A stretch of 64,000 bases of DNA from Klebsormidium nitens (taxonomy: Eukaryota > Plantae > Klebsormidiophyceae), in assembly GCA_000708835.1 (NCBI GenBank), contig DF236956.1, forward strand, positions 62,001-126,000, in the 5' to 3' direction. A model generated the notes under the pieces. The model saw nothing but the letters and a program-made list of their open reading frames with translations. It was not told the DNA's origin and ran no database searches. Of the stretch, positions 62,201-64,000 are shown in pieces. How positions within the stretch are numbered: the first letter of the stretch is position 1; every line of letters starts with the position of its first letter. The position numbers and the translations under genes were made by a program.

Positions 62201-63994
62201 AAAATCGGAAACGCGATCTTCTCCGCGACGCTGGTCCCGACCACCAGGGGCAGCGCGTTCCAGTAGATCCCGTGATGAAACGACTTTGCGTCCGTAATGC
62301 ACTCCGTGGTCACGTTCAGGTTGCCAGTCCAAGCCGCGCGCGCGGCGCTGAAGTGGGGGTGATGAACCATTTCGATGGGGGGGTCGCAGCCGAGAATGTA
62401 GTGGGTGCACCCGGGAGTCTGGTCGCACTTGTGAGCCAGGCAGCTGTGGACTCGGGCGACGGCAAAGAGGTACCACAGGGCGCCGAACACCTACCAGGGG
62501 GAGGCAATAGCGTCAGGACGTGAACCGAGAAACAACGTACCCGGGGCGAGGGAGTGGGGTAAGAAGGATTAGAAGCTAGGAGAAACGTGGGGTAAGAAGA
62601 GGAGATTAGCGCGAGATACAGCTGGCAACAAGCAGGAAACGAGGACCCCGGGAGGAAAGGCTGCTTTCAAGAAGCAGAAATTTGAGAGGGGTGTGCGGAG
62701 AAAAGCCCTTTGAAAGTAAAGGAAGAGAAGCGAGTCGGAAGGCTGGAGAGCGAAGAAGTTTTGCGAACGTTGGTATTAGATGAAGGTGTCTTTCTCGCCT
62801 GAGCGTTGAACAGATAAGTTAGGAACGTGCGGGATAAAACGAATCAATCATTTCCAACTAGATTCAGTGTTCCGACGATGACGGGTTGTGGAATTTGCAG
62901 CCTTTGCGAACGGGAAAGGAAGCCTGTGATTTCGGGAGCCAAAGGCGCCCGGAATCACACGTATGAGCACCTTTGAATTTTCCACAGACTAGGCTATGAC
63001 GTGCTTACGTGCGCGGCGGTGACGTAGGCTGCCAGGTTGAGGACGAAGCCCCACCAGGAGCCCCAGAAGATGTACCCCACCACGCGCTGCATCCGACGAA
63101 CTAGAGCGCAGTACCGGAAGAGCCGGATGATGAACTGGACGAGAAGAGCGAAGAGGAGCACGGTGGTCGCGCTTGCGGTGGAGCCTGACGTCATCAAGTG
63201 CGGAACCAGGATCCAGATGGTGAACTAGAAAGGGGGAGAAGAATGAAGGATGAGGAAAATGAGCAGGAACTGAGTGTGTAAGAGTGCATGAGGATGATGG
63301 AAAGCAGACTTTGAAAGAAAGCGTGCTGCCGTTTCCAGACAGTGACTGATGAGCGCAGCAAGCTGCCGTTAGGAGCCCTTTGTTGTCGGACGATTCGAAT
63401 ATGCGTTCTTTACAGGCGGGCACATTGTGGCAGAGGCTCTTCAGGAACAAAAGGTTCTCCTACTTCCGAGGTGCAAGCAATCCCATTCTTGCCTCCTACT
63501 TGGAGCTAATGTCGGTTCCATTCGATTGGAGGGTATGCTTCAAGGAAGTTCTGCTGAACCAATCTGCTGGTTGTTTCATGTCCTTTTCAATCGTCTCAAC
63601 TTTGAAATGGATTCGAGGCCAGTGACATAAGTTGCGTGTTTTTAAGTCAAGATTGAGCAGTCACCTGCGGGCACGGCAGAATGACGAGGATGTCCAGAGC
63701 AAGGCCCCCGCGCAGAACGTGCACGTAGTTCATGGCGACTTTGCGCGGGCTGGTCACTAGCGCGCCGATCCCCAGTTTCAGCGAGGAGCGCGAGACATAT
63801 GCCGTGCGGAACTGGAGCCACATGTTAAGAATGTAGAGCACGTCGTTCATGGTGCGTAACACTGTAACGGCGATCGCGAACGGCTCGTGGACGTAGACGC
63901 ACAGCTCGGAGAGGTCCACCGCGAGGAGGTAGAAGAAGAGGGGGTCGACCACCGTGCCACTCAGCAGCGACAGCAGGAAGACCCGGTTCCACAC
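59215..63994 (-). CDS. CNGC: Second CNGC2/4-like channel (CNGC-b), 5' end outside the window
   Basis: Exons 63994-63665, 63224-63009, 62490-62180, 61780-61669, 61318-61082, 60805-60528, 60019-59893, 59403-59215. Internal exon lengths (330, 216, 311, 112, 237, 278, 127) equal those of CNGC-a. IQ motif IQLTWRRFK. Confidence 0.93.
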
Positions 63995-64000
63995 CTGGTG

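Overview
Eukaryotic, intron-rich (GT-AG) nuclear DNA with plant-type gene families. It is probably a streptophyte alga such as Klebsormidium; this is inferred from gene content and sequence style, not shown. Manual exon assembly gives about 10 protein genes: the 3' part of an At1g75140-like membrane protein (+); a head-to-head pair of UPL5-like ubiquitin-like/HECT E3 ligases (-/+); a small single-TM protein (-); an ankyrin/coiled-coil protein (+); a dual HMG-box protein with a chromodomain-like segment (+); a tandem cNMP-binding-domain protein (-) head-to-head with a CNGC2/4-like channel (+); a secreted amidase with N-terminal Cys-rich modules (-); and a second, inverted CNGC paralog (-, 5' truncated). 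There are two stand-out signals. (1) CNGC-a carries two intact, equal-length (112 nt) tandem copies of the selectivity-filter/S6 exon, which must be mutually exclusive and encode different filters (S-N-A vs C-N-S); its paralog has only one. (2) Introns across most genes contain arrays of degenerate tandem copies of exon/intron junctions (decoy acceptors and donors), suggesting a local junction-duplication process of which the CNGC exon pair is a productive outcome. No rRNA, tRNA, CRISPR or transposase was recognised. All coordinates were counted by hand and may be off by a few nt.
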